Below, one piece after another: positions 52,024 through 62,990 of a stretch of 64,000 nucleotides of DNA; position 1 is the stretch's first letter; the number at the start of each line of letters is the position of its first letter. The notes under the pieces are model-generated. The model saw only the letters and a program-made list of their open reading frames with translations, was not told where the DNA came from and searched no databases. Both the position numbers and the translations under genes were made by a program. The stretch is from Antechinus flavipes (taxonomy: Eukaryota): assembly GCF_016432865.1 (NCBI RefSeq), contig NC_067403.1:245892001-245956000 (forward strand). The letters are read 5' to 3'.

Positions 52024-53938
52024 AACAAATATTAAGTGCTGTTTATGTGTAAAGTTTTATACCAAGTTTTGTGAATGCAAAAATTAAAAATTTTAAATGA
52101 CAGAGCCCCCTTTCTTCAAGAAGCTTCACTGGGGCTCTTTAAACATAAAATAGACATCCATCTTCTCTAAACTGTTTAGATCCTGACCAAACAGACTTTG
52201 GGTTAATAATATACTATACCATATTATTATTTTAACTTTTATAATTATACATATATAATTTATTTTATCATAAAATATTTTATTTAATTATATGATATAT
52301 TATTATACATATATAATATATAATTATTTTAAATATTTAAAAATATTCGTATTGAGTTTTTTTTCCATTTCTTATAGCACAATAGAATCATTCCCCTTTT
52401 CATTCCCAGAGACCATCATCTTATGAAAATATTTTTGAAGATACCAGAAGAGGGGGAAAATCAGCACAACTAATCAAAATAATAAAAAAATCTGAAAATG
52501 TGTGCATTGTTTAACACCTGTGGATCTTCCACTTCCATGAAAGGTAGGTTGGAAAAGTATGATTCTTACTTGGCATATATAATTTTGTTACTTTTACTAT
52601 TGATTTCTTGGTTTGTCATTCTTTCTATGTAAAATGCTATAGTTAGTTTATACATTCTCTTATTCATGATGATACCTCTCTTTAGTAGTTCATATAGATA
52701 TTTCATTCATCACACTCATCATTTCTTACAGCACAATTACTTTCAGTACCATGATTTGTGTAATCATCTACTTTGTTTCCAATTGTTAGTTATCTATCAA
52801 AAAAGGCTATTATAATTGTTTGGGAGCGTACGTAGGCTTTTTTCTTCTTATCAGTGACCTCCTTATAGTACAAGGTCTATAATGGAGTCTCTGATTCCAT
52901 AGTTTTAGACATTTTAATCACTTAATGGAATATGTGTAATTCCAAATTGTTTTCTAAAAATTTGTACCACATCACAGTGATCTGTAAATTCTTTTGATTG
53001 CAATTTCATTTTTTTTAATAACAAGTTTTGGGCCCTTCTCTTTTGTTTCTTTCATTATGGTGTTAGAGCTTTTTTGTCCCTTGTCTTCTCCTGGAAGACT
53101 TATTTGTCTCTGTGTAAACTGCAATTTCAGCATGTTTTGACTGCATGGTGAACATATTTTCACTTATTTCCTGACTCCCTTCACTCTGATGATGGGTTTC
53201 CATAGGGGATGGATTTTAAAACATCTCATTCTCCATCTCTAGAAAATTCATGGTCCTTGTCCCAAGTGACTTTTGTGTGTGTAGAACTAGTCCCAGTTTG
53301 ATGCCATGTTCTTTTGCTCAGACATAATGGAATATTATAGCATATTATCCTACATAGCTTCCTACATTCATTGTATCCTTTCCATGAGGACCACGCCAAC
53401 TCTCTCTATTCCTCAGTTTTCTAGCAATTTCAAACTTGCTTTTCCCAGGATCAGAGTTTCTGGGTTGCAGCTCTTAGAAGGCTTTTGCTCCTCAAGAACC
53501 ATGGCCAAGGTATTGGCTAAGCCAAACTTCCACTGTTTAGACTTGGGATTTCTTTGGCACTGGAAAAAAGAGAAGGTGGGAGTAAGAGAGTGAAGAAAAT
53601 CGTCTTTATGCCTATTAATGCCGCCTTGTTGTCAGTACTGTAAGAGATCCTAAGGATTGCTAAGTGAGCTCATGGTCAATGAGCATCAAATAATGGATTT
53701 GGAGCAATGTTTTTAAACATTAGGATTCTTGGAATCCTAGATATGGAAACTGCTGAAGTTGCTTTTTCTTTGACATATAATTTCTGTCGTTAGAGGTCTT
53801 TGAGCAATTTTGAGAGGTCTGAGAAGTTCTGAGGATCAGAAAACTATCTAGTTGGCCATTGTATCAGTCATATTTCTGCTCCTCACTCTTAAAAATTATT
53901 GAAGACCCCAAAGAAAGCTTTTATTATATGGGCTATAT

Positions 53939-56146
53939 CTATCGGGGATTTATTTTGTAGCCAGCTACTTTGCTAAAATTATGAATTATTTCCAATAGCT
54001 TTTTGGTAGAATCTCTGGGGTTCTCTAGGTATACCATCATATCATCTGCAAAGAGTGATAGTTTGGTTTCCTCATTGCCTACTCTAATTCCTTTTATATC
54101 TTTCTCGACTCTTATTGCCGAGGCTAGTGTTTCTAATACGATATTAAATAATAATGGTGATAGTGGGCAACCTTGCTTCACTCCAGATCTTACTGGGAAA
54201 GGTTCCAGTTTTTCCCCATTGCATATGATGCTTACTGATGGTTTTAAATATATGCTCCTGACTATTTTAAGGAAAAGTCCATTTATTCCTATGCTCTCAA
54301 GTGTTTTTATTAGGAATGGATGTTGGATTTTATCAAATGCTTTTTCTGCATCTATTGAGATGATCATGTGGTTTTTGTTTGTTTGGTTATTGATATAGTC
54401 AATTATGCTAATAGTTTTCCTAATATTGAACCAGCCCTGCATTCCTGGTATAAATCCTACTTGGTCATAGTGTATTATCCTGGTGACAATTTTCTGTAAT
54501 CTTTTTGCTAATATTTTATTTAAGATTTTAGCATCAATATTCATTAGGGAGATTGGTCTATAATTTTCTTTCTCTGTTGTCAGCCTACCTGGTTTAGGTA
54601 TCAGTACCATATCTGTGTCATAAAAGGAGTTTGGTAGGACTCCTTCAATCCCTATTTTTTCAAATAGTTTATATAACATTGGAGTTAATTGTTCTTTAAA
54701 TGTTTGGTAGAATTCACATGTAAATCCATCTGGTCCTGGGGATTTTTTCTTAGGGAGTTGATTGATAGTTTGTTCTATTTCTTTTTCTGAGATGGGACTG
54801 TTTAGGATATTTACTTTTTCCTCTGTTAGTTTGGGCAAGCTGTATTTTTGGAGGTATTTTTCTATTTCATTTGAGTTGTCGAATTTATTGGCATAAAGTT
54901 GGGCAAAGTAACTCCTAATTATTGCTCTAATTTCCTCTTCGTTAGTGGTGAGTTCTCCCTTTTCATTTTTAAGACTAACAATTTGATTTTCCTCTTTCCT
55001 TTTTTTAATCAGATTTACTAAGGGTTTGTCTATTTTGTTGGTTTTTTCATAGAACCAACTCTTAGTTTTATTAATCAATTCAATAGTTTTTTTACTTTCA
55101 ATTTTATTGATCTCACCTTTTACTTTTAGAATTTCAAGTTTAGTGTTTGACTGGGGGTTTTTAATTTGTTCCTTTTCTAGCATTTTTAATTGCAAACCCA
55201 ATTCATTGACCTTCTCTTTCTCTATTTTATACAAATAGGCCTCTAGAGATATGAAATTTCCCCTTATTACCGCTTTGGCTGCATCCCATACATTTTGGTA
55301 TGATGTCTCATTATTATCATTTTCTTGGGTGAAGTTATTAATTATGTCTATGATTTGCTGTTTCACCCAATCATTCTTTAGTATGAGATTATTTAGTTTC
55401 CAATTATTTTTTGGTCTACTTCCCCCTGGTTTTTTGTTGAATGTAATTTTCATTGCATCGTGGTCTGAAAAGGATGCATTCACTATTTCTGCCTTACTGC
55501 ATTTGAGTTTGAGGTTTTTATGTCCTAATATATGGTCAATTTTTGTATAGGTTCCATGAACTGCTGAAAAGAAAGTGTATTCCTTTCTGTCTCCATTACA
55601 TTTTCTCCAGAGATCTATCATATCTAACTTTTCTAGTATTCTATTTACCTCTTTGACTTCTTTCTTATTTATTTTGTGGTTTGATTTATCTAATTCTGAG
55701 AGTGCAAGGTTAAGATCTCCCACTATTATAGTTTTACTGTCTATTTCTTCTTGCAGCTCTCTTAGTTTCTCTTTTAAGAATTTAGATGCTACCCCACTTG
55801 GTGCATATATGTTTAATATAGATAGTGCTTCATTATCCATGCTACCCTTTAGCAAGATATAGTGTCCTTCCTTATCTCTTTTAATTAGGTCAATTTTTGC
55901 TTTAGCTTGATCTGAGATCAGGATGGCTACCCCTGCTTTTTTGACTTCACCTGAAGCATAGTAGATTTTGCTCCAACCTTTTACCTTTAACCTGCATGTA
56001 TCTCCCTGCTTCAGGTGTGTTTCCTGTAAACAACATATTGTAGGATTCTGGCTTTTAATCCATTCTGCTAACCGCTTCCTCTTTATGGGGGAGTTTACCC
56101 CGTTCACGTTTATGGTTAGAATGACCAATTCTGTATTACTTGCCAT
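53939..56146 (-). CDS. L1 ORF2, truncated (APE endonuclease and RT through FADD), 735 aa open frame
   Basis: TINVNG, CLQETH, GDLN, SDHD, PGPDG, YRPISL, QGCPLSP and LFADD motifs. The stop codon is supplied by the TSD. Confidence 0.95.
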   Translation of the reverse strand: MASNTELVILTINVNGVNSPIKRKRLAEWIKSQNPTICCLQETHLKQGDTCRLKVKGWSKIYYASGEVKKAGVAILISDQAKAKIDLIKRDKEGHYILLKGSMDNEALSILNIYAPSGVASKFLKEKLRELQEEIDSKTIIVGDLNLALSELDKSNHKINKKEVKEVNRILEKLDMIDLWRKCNGDRKEYTFFSAVHGTYTKIDHILGHKNLKLKCSKAEIVNASFSDHDAMKITFNKKPGGSRPKNNWKLNNLILKNDWVKQQIIDIINNFTQENDNNETSYQNVWDAAKAVIRGNFISLEAYLYKIEKEKVNELGLQLKMLEKEQIKNPQSNTKLEILKVKGEINKIESKKTIELINKTKSWFYEKTNKIDKPLVNLIKKRKEENQIVSLKNEKGELTTNEEEIRAIIRSYFAQLYANKFDNSNEIEKYLQKYSLPKLTEEKVNILNSPISEKEIEQTINQLPKKKSPGPDGFTCEFYQTFKEQLTPMLYKLFEKIGIEGVLPNSFYDTDMVLIPKPGRLTTEKENYRPISLMNIDAKILNKILAKRLQKIVTRIIHYDQVGFIPGMQGWFNIRKTISIIDYINNQTNKNHMIISIDAEKAFDKIQHPFLIKTLESIGINGLFLKIVRSIYLKPSVSIICNGEKLEPFPVRSGVKQGCPLSPLLFNIVLETLASAIRVEKDIKGIRVGNEETKLSLFADDMMVYLENPRDSTKKLLEIIHNFSKVAGYKINPR

Positions 56147-56667
56147 CTTGTTAACCCCGGTTTATGCTTTCCTCCCTTCTTTCCCCTTTCCCCCCCTTCC
56201 AAGTATTAAGCTTGTGAGCACCCCTTGCTTCTCACAGCCCTCCCTTTTTAGTGTCCCTCCCCCCGCCTTAGAGTTCCTCCCCCTATCTTACCCCTTTCCC
56301 TCCCAGTTCCCGTATTCCCTTCCGCTTAGCTTATACCTTCCCTTTCCACTTTTCCCTTCTCACTTTTCAATGAGATGGGAGAAGTTTCACCATAGATTGA
56401 ATATGTCTTAAGATTTTTCACTTAAAGCCAATTCTGAAGGCAGTAAGATACCCACTATATTCATCCCCCTCCATTCTTTCTCTCAGATATAATAGGTTTC
56501 CTATGCCTCTTCATGAGATGTACTACCCCCACTTTACCCTTTTTCTGGTACAATGTCCTTTCCACATCAATTTCTAGAACAAGGTATACATGTATTCTTT
56601 ATACATCTATATAGTCAAAATATAGTTCCCAAGATTAATCTTTACCTTTTTAGATTTCTCTTGAGTT

Positions 56668-57749
56668 CTATATTTGTAGATCAAACTTTTTGTTAAGTTC
56701 TGGTTTTTTCATCAGAAATAGATGAAATTCGCTTACTTCGTTGAATGTCCATCTTCTTCCCTGGAAAAAGATGCTCATTCTCGCTGGGTAAGTTATTTTT
56801 GGTTGCATACCAAGTTCCTTAGCCTTTCGGAATATCATATTCCAGGCCCTTCGATCTTTTAATGTGGATGCTGCCAGATCCTGGGTGATCCTTATTGTGG
56901 CTCCTTGATACTTGAATTGGGTTTTTCTAGCCGCTTGCAATATTTTTTCTTTCATCTGAGGGTTCTGGCATTTGGCCACTATATTCCTTGGTGTTTTGAT
57001 TTTAGGATCCCTTTCAGTGGGTGATCGATGAATCCTTTCAATGTTTATTTTTTCCTCTGTTCCTATGACTTCTGGGCAGTTCTCTTTGATAATTTCCTGG
57101 AAGACAGTGTCCAGGCTCTTTTTTTCATCATGTTTTTCTGGGAGTCCAATGATTCTCAGATTGTCTCTCCTGGATCTGTTTTCCAGGTCTGTTGTCTTTC
57201 CAGAAGGTATTTCACATTTTTCTCCATTGTTTGATTTTTTTGGATTTGCTTGACTGATTCTTCTTGTCTCCTCGAGTCATTCAATTCCACTTGTTCAATT
57301 CTGATTTTCAGTGAAGTATTCTCTTCACTCACTTTTTTAAAATCTTTCTCTAATTGTCCAATTGAGTTCTTTTGTTCTGTGGAATTTTTTTCCATTTCGC
57401 CAATTTTGTTTTTTAGAGAGCTGTTTTCTGTTTCCAGTTCACTAATCCTATTTTTCAAGGATTTTACTTCTTTATCCACTCTCTCTTTAACTTTCTCCAG
57501 GCTCTTTTGCCAAGCCTCCCTCTCCTTTTCCCAAGCCTCACTCTGCTTTCCCCATTTTTCTTCTAGCTCCCTTGTGAGAGCCTTTTTAATCACTTCTATG
57601 AGGTTCATCTGTGCTGAGGAACAGACAATCTCCTCCTTTGGGGGTTCACCTGGGGACTGCCTGTTTTTAGTCTCCTCAGGATTTAGAGTCTGCTCTCTAT
57701 CTGTGTAGAAGCTGTCAAGGGTTAAAGTTCTCTTCAGCTTCTTGCTCAT
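56668..57749 (-). pseudogene. L1 ORF1 with a single 1-bp deletion at ~57200
   Basis: Restoring one G (CTG GGA AAG) gives an open 360-aa frame with a coiled coil, DLENRSRRDNLRIIG and YPARMS. Confidence 0.9.
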
Positions 57750-58344
57750 TCTGTCTATTAATCAGAGACAAACTACCAAAGAAAAACAGAAAAAACTGGA
57801 GTCTTTCTTTGGGGGGGGGCTGGGTGTGTTATCGAGCTTCCTCTATAGACTGCAGGGGGCAGCAGTGAGGCACTAGCAGGACTGTGCTGCGCCTGCGCTC
57901 TGAGATCCCAAAGCGTGCTGAGTCACTGAGGGGGGGGAAGGGGGGGGCGGCCAGGTCCTGAGAGACTCCAGCTGTTTGGGGTTGTATTCTTCAGCCCCGG
58001 TGTTTTTAGCTTCTCTGCTGGGCTGCTGACTTGCTGCAGGTTCCAAACCTGTAGCGAAGCTCTCCCCGCAGAGACGGCTGCGATCACTCCCCACCCCCTC
58101 TCCAGTCTGCTCCCGTGCTCTCACTGCCGCTGCCCGCCGCCTGCGCCCGATCTAAAACCGCCCCAGCCCTCCAGTAAAGACAGACCTTTCTTGGCGGATC
58201 TCAAGGATGGCTTCTCTTGGTAACTATTTGTGGGTTTTTTTCAGTCAAGCATTGATTCAGAGGCTTGTAATGAAGTGGATAGTGAGAGAAAGCGCGGAGC
58301 TTATGCAACTGTGAGCCTCCTCTCCGCCATCTTAACCGGAAGTC
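57750..58344 (-). promoter_or_regulatory. L1 5'UTR internal promoter (CpG-rich, with a YY1-type AAGATGGCG motif)
   Basis: High CpG density against a CpG-depleted background. The YY1 core CGCCATCTT is at 58325-58333. Confidence 0.75.
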
Positions 58345-58599
58345 GGGCTATATCTATCAATATGAGGGTAGAAATTGAAATATTTTCTTGTATTTATCAA
58401 AATAGTTTTGACTTTGTAGACCTCTTAAAGAGATCTTGATTACCCACCAGGGGTTCAAAACACATTTGAGAATCTCAGCTAGTACCTTCTACCTAGAAAC
58501 TTAGATTTCTATGAAAAACCCTTTCCTAAATAAAAAATTTGCTATGAAATTCCTATGAAATTCACTTTTGAAACAAGAATCAAAGGTCAAAAGATGATT

Positions 58600-59000
58600 G
58601 GAGAAAAAGCAAAGAACCTATTATGCTCTAAAATGTTTATAGCAGTTCTTTTTGTTATTGACAAGGAACTGGAAAGTGTAGGATATCTACCAATTTGGAG
58701 ATGGCTAAACAAATTGTGGCATATGATTGTAGCAGAATACTACTAGGCTATAAGAAATGATAAGCTCAATGATTTTAGAATTAGATATTCATGAAATAAT
58801 GAAGAGTAAAATGAGCAGAATCAAGAGAACATTGTATACAGTAACAACAATATTGTTTTTAGAATGATTGAGCAAGTTATTTTAACTATTATCAATACCC
58901 AAATTAAAGGGTATATGAAATATATGAAGGACATATGAAAAAAGATGCTATCTACATCCAGAGAAAGAATTGACAAATAGAAGTATGCATAGAATTATTG
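58600..59000 (+). mobile_element. Old L1 ORF2 C-terminus and 3'UTR fragment
   Basis: CSKMFIAVLFVI...WLNKLWHM motif. Confidence 0.8.
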
Positions 59001-59440
59001 GTTTCTGTGTGTGTGGTGTGGGGGGTCTTCAAGCCCAAAGACATCAGTCATCAGAGGCAAGATCATAGAAGTATTTACCTGAAATAAAAGATATCATTTT
59101 GGGGGGATGAGGGTGTTGGCACATCTATATAAAGGGCAGGGTAAGAAGGGGAACCTTCCCCAAACTGAAAGGAGCAGGAAGTATGTCTAAAGTATAGACA
59201 GTTTGTTGGTGAGAGAGGACAAAAACTCCATCACTAACCTACCACTGAAGGTTTTCCCTTACTAAGGCAATTACTTCTATCACCTGTTAATTCATTGAAT
59301 TCCTAGAGAGTGCTAAAAAATGAAATGAGGCCAAACAGGACCTGTAGAAATAAGTAAAATTATGCATAATTTCTATGCTGTATAACTCAGGAAGTGTTTA
59401 CCAAACCTGATATGAGGTAGGCAAATATGATCAATTAGTT
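59000..59440 (-). mobile_element. Putative solo LTR
   Basis: Interrupts the L1 tail. On the minus strand it has a TATA-like TTTATATAG and ends in CA. No clear TSD. Confidence 0.35.
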
Positions 59441-59464
59441 TATATATTTACATACTTATACATA

Positions 59465-59715
59465 TACAGGAAGGAGAAAGGATTAAAGAAAAAAGGAAGG
59501 ATTAAAAAGGAAGCAGGAATGAAGCTTAAAACAGGAGGAAAGAAAGAATAGAGGAAGAAAGGAAGAAAAGGAAGAAAAAGAAAAGAGAAAAATGGGAGTA
59601 AGAAAGGAAAAGACAAAGGAAGAAAAAAGCAAAGAAAGACAAAGTAATTTGAAGGAAGGAAAGAAGGAAAAATAAAGAAAAGAAGGAATAGGATTATAAT
59701 GATGATGATGATAAA
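59465..59715. repeat. Polypurine (GGAA/GAAA) low-complexity tract
   Basis: Direct reading of the sequence. Confidence 0.9.
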
Positions 59716-60382
59716 CATAAAAATTAATATTTAAACAACGCTTTGAACGTGGCAAAGAATTTTACAAACTTTCTATTATTTGAGTCTCCAGAGAGTTTTA
59801 TGAGATAGTTGCTATTAATTTTACAGAGGAAATCAAGTCTTGGAGAAATACAAGACTGGTTTTCATGTTAGTGAGTTTTTAATTATCTCAGTATTTCACA
59901 GTTATGTCTCAATTTTTTTTTTCCAGGATAATTTATGTAGCACTTAATTACAAGTCTTGAGATTTTTCCCACATCCAAGAGACATGTTAGAATTATATAT
60001 AAATGTAAGCCCAAGTGATTTTACATAAGCATTTGGATTTTATTGGAGCAATTGTTTTTACAAATTTTATGACAGGAAAAAAAAAAAAAACTACTTACTT
60101 TAACTTGTGAGTGCAATATTAACCCAGACCTCTAAACAAAAACAACAGCTGAGTATTTTATTTATTTATTTATTTGGAGGAGGAGAAGGGTACGACAAGT
60201 CTATGTTTTTTACATAGGTAGCACGATGCACATGATTGAAATGGTAAGAAGGGCCATGAGGTGGTGTGTTCCAAATGCATGATATACATACTCATCTTCT
60301 TGTCTCCAAACCCTCTTTCCATGACACTATATGGTATAGCATTTAGTATCACTGGAATACTATGAACAAAAATGACTACAAT

Positions 60383-61318
60383 TTATTTAGAGAGATCTTT
60401 TCTGAAAAGTTCTTTACTTAAGGCCTCTTTCACATCTTTGTTCCTTAAGCTATAGATCATGGGGTTCAACATGGGGATCACTGTGGTATAAAACACAGCC
60501 ATCATTTTCCCTTGCTCCACAGATGCCTCTGAGGGTGGTCTGAGATACATGAAGAAAAGAGCTGCGTAAAATATAGTGACAGCTGTCAGGTGGGACCCAC
60601 AGGTAGAGAAGGCCTTACGTCTGCTGTCTGCTGAGCGAAGCCTGAAGATAGCTGGGAATATGTATAGATAGGAGATAAGAATAATGAGCAGAGAAAAACT
60701 AAAGTTAAACCCAGCAACGACAAACATAGACAGTTCTTTGTTGTAAGTACTAGAACAAGCTAATTTGATGAGAGGAGGGTCAGCACAGTAGAAATGATTA
60801 ATCTCATTGGGGCCACAGAATGATAAGCTATAGGTCCACATGGTCTCCATGAGGCCTGTGAGGGAGCCATAGACATAAGGCACTGAGATGAGAGAGGAGC
60901 AGACAGTTGGGGACATCTTACTGCCATAGAGCAGAGGATTGCAGATGGCCATGTAGCGATCAAAAGCCATCACAGCCAGGATGTAGATTTCCACATGGAC
61001 CAAAGCAATAAAAAGGTAACACTGCACCAAGCAGGCTGAGTAGGTGATGGTGGTCTTTTCCACTATGAAAGTCTCCAGCATCTTTGGACTTACATTGGAA
61101 GAAAAACAGAGGTCCGCAAAAGACAAGTGACTCAGGAAAAAGTACATGGGTGTGTGAAGCCGTGGAGTGATTCTCACTAGCACTATCATTCCTAGGTTCC
61201 CCACCACAGTGATGATGTAGATGGTTAGAAAGAGGACAAAGAATAGGACCTGAAGTTCCAGGCGACTGGTCAATCCTAGGAGAATAAACTGGGGATTTGT
61301 TGTGACATTATTACTCAT
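60383..61318 (-). CDS. OR5M8-like: Intact olfactory receptor OR5M8-like, copy 2, 311 aa
   Basis: Same motifs as 45265-46200, ungapped alignment at an offset of 15118 bp. Confidence 0.95.
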   Translation of the reverse strand: MSNNVTTNPQFILLGLTSRLELQVLFFVLFLTIYIITVVGNLGMIVLVRITPRLHTPMYFFLSHLSFADLCFSSNVSPKMLETFIVEKTTITYSACLVQCYLFIALVHVEIYILAVMAFDRYMAICNPLLYGSKMSPTVCSSLISVPYVYGSLTGLMETMWTYSLSFCGPNEINHFYCADPPLIKLACSSTYNKELSMFVVAGFNFSFSLLIILISYLYIFPAIFRLRSADSRRKAFSTCGSHLTAVTIFYAALFFMYLRPPSEASVEQGKMMAVFYTTVIPMLNPMIYSLRNKDVKEALSKELFRKDLSK

Positions 61319-62000
61319 TACTTCCTCAGATGAGATCCAGGCTTCTTGACTCTGTTTCAGGATTTATTAAAAGTAAATTTATTAAAATTAAAAGTAAAAA
61401 ATTAGAAGTTAAATTGTTATCTTCATAGCTAGGTCATTTTTCTAGTTTGCTACTTTTGTTTAAACAGAAGCAAGAAAAAAAATCCTCATTCTCTAACTAA
61501 ATAGGCAGTACTTTGTAGGTCTCTTTAGCATAAAACTTCTTCGCCACCTTCTCTCCTATTTTCTTTCTCATTTTCCTTTTCCTCTACCACCCCTTTATCT
61601 CCTCATTGCTGACAGTCAATAGTATTTAAACAAGGATAGCCCTTTGGGAGAACTTTCCAGATAAAGATAAGCCTGAGTTGTTGTTCACTCATAGAAAAAA
61701 ACTTGAAATCTAGAGCCTATGATTCTGCCTTTCTCTGCATTAAGCTCTGTTGTTGTTGTTGTTGTTGTTGTTTTTAATATATATAGAAAAATAAAATGGT
61801 CCAGTTCTTTATAGAATTATACTATGAATTTTATCCCTCTGAACAAAGGAGGAGCTAGCCCATATATAGATCCTTTAAGATTTATTTGAAGACATGGCAG
61901 GCATAAATCTTTGAAGACTACATATCCAGTAATTTATTTGGACTCTCATATATTGAAAAAGATACGTTTTTTTTTTTTTTGTTTGTTTGTTTTTTTTTAA

Positions 62001-62037
62001 TCATTAAACTTAATTGCTTTAGGGATAACCCCAGGGA
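62001..62037. promoter_or_regulatory. Candidate promoter of OR5M8-like copy 2
   Basis: TCATTA, TAATTG and ACCCCAGGGA fall within 37 bp, about 0.7 kb upstream of the ATG. Confidence 0.45.
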
Positions 62038-62799
62038 AACAACAAGAGAAACTGTGATCAAAATGATGAACAAAGATATTATTTTTATTGTACAGATGTA
62101 TAATGTCCTTTTATTAGATTATGAACTCCTTGAGGGCAGGGGATGCTTTTTGCATCTTTTTGTACCCCCAATGTTTAACATGGTGTATGATGCATAGTAG
62201 ATGTATAATACGTTTTTAATGATTGGCTGGCTAATCATTTAAGGTCCATTACTTCATGACATAACCATCCTGTTAGGAAAGTAGTATACATATTATGAGC
62301 CCCATTTCTCATATGGAAAAACTGGGTTCCCAAGGTCAAGCAGCCAGCAAGGTCAAAGCTGAAATTCAAGTGCTGATGTTCTTACTCTATATCCAATGTT
62401 CTAGACACTACATTTGAGCTACTTCCAATATCATGGACCCAATAGAGGCACAACAAACAAACAAACATCCTTTTCACTGTACAGGTAAAGAGATTAAGGT
62501 GCAGAGAAAGGATATATGACTTTTCCTTTCTCAAATAGAACTAAGACTAGAACCTGGTTTTCAGGATACTCGATGCATATTCTATCACAATGCATCCTCT
62601 GTCTAGACAGATCCTGATGGCATATTATCTATCTGTAATAAATAATTAATAAATGCTTGATTTCTTCTTCATTCTTGATTCAGTCATTACTTAAATGTAA
62701 AGAACTAACCTTAGAAGCCTGGCTCCATAGCTAAAGGAAAAAAAAAATAATGACAATATCTTTGTTTTCCTTAATCTAGTAAAAGGATATATCTTATAA

Positions 62800-62990
62800 N
62801 NNNNNNNNNNNNNNNNNNNNNNNNNNNNNNNNNNNNNNNNNNNNNNNNNNNNNNNNNNNNNNNNNNNNNNNNNNNNNNNNNNNNNNNNNNNNNNNNNNNN
62901 NNNNNNNNNNNNNNNNNNNNNNNNNNNNNNNNNNNNNNNNNNNNNNNNNNNNNNNNNNNNNNNNNNNNNNNNNNNNNNNNNNNNNNNNNN
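62800..62990. other. Assembly gap (191 N)
   Basis: Run of N. Confidence 1.

Larger units (their letters stand above)
53944..58344 (-). mobile_element. Young LINE-1, 5'-intact and 3'-truncated, with 14-bp TSD GGGCTATATCTATC and no poly(A)
   Basis: 5' end reads GACTTCCGGTTAAGATGGCG and the 595-bp 5'UTR is CpG-rich. TSD copies at 53930-53943 and 58345-58358. Confidence 0.95.
53860..58478. mobile_element. Degenerate Charlie-type MITE split by the young L1 (halves at ~53860-53943 and 58359-58478)
   Basis: The rejoined flanks align to the reverse complement of the 38777-38978 MITE. Confidence 0.7.

Noticed and set aside
54003-57708. Several plus-strand ORFs of 95-152 aa
   Set aside because: They are antisense shadows of L1 ORF1 and ORF2 caused by codon and A-bias.
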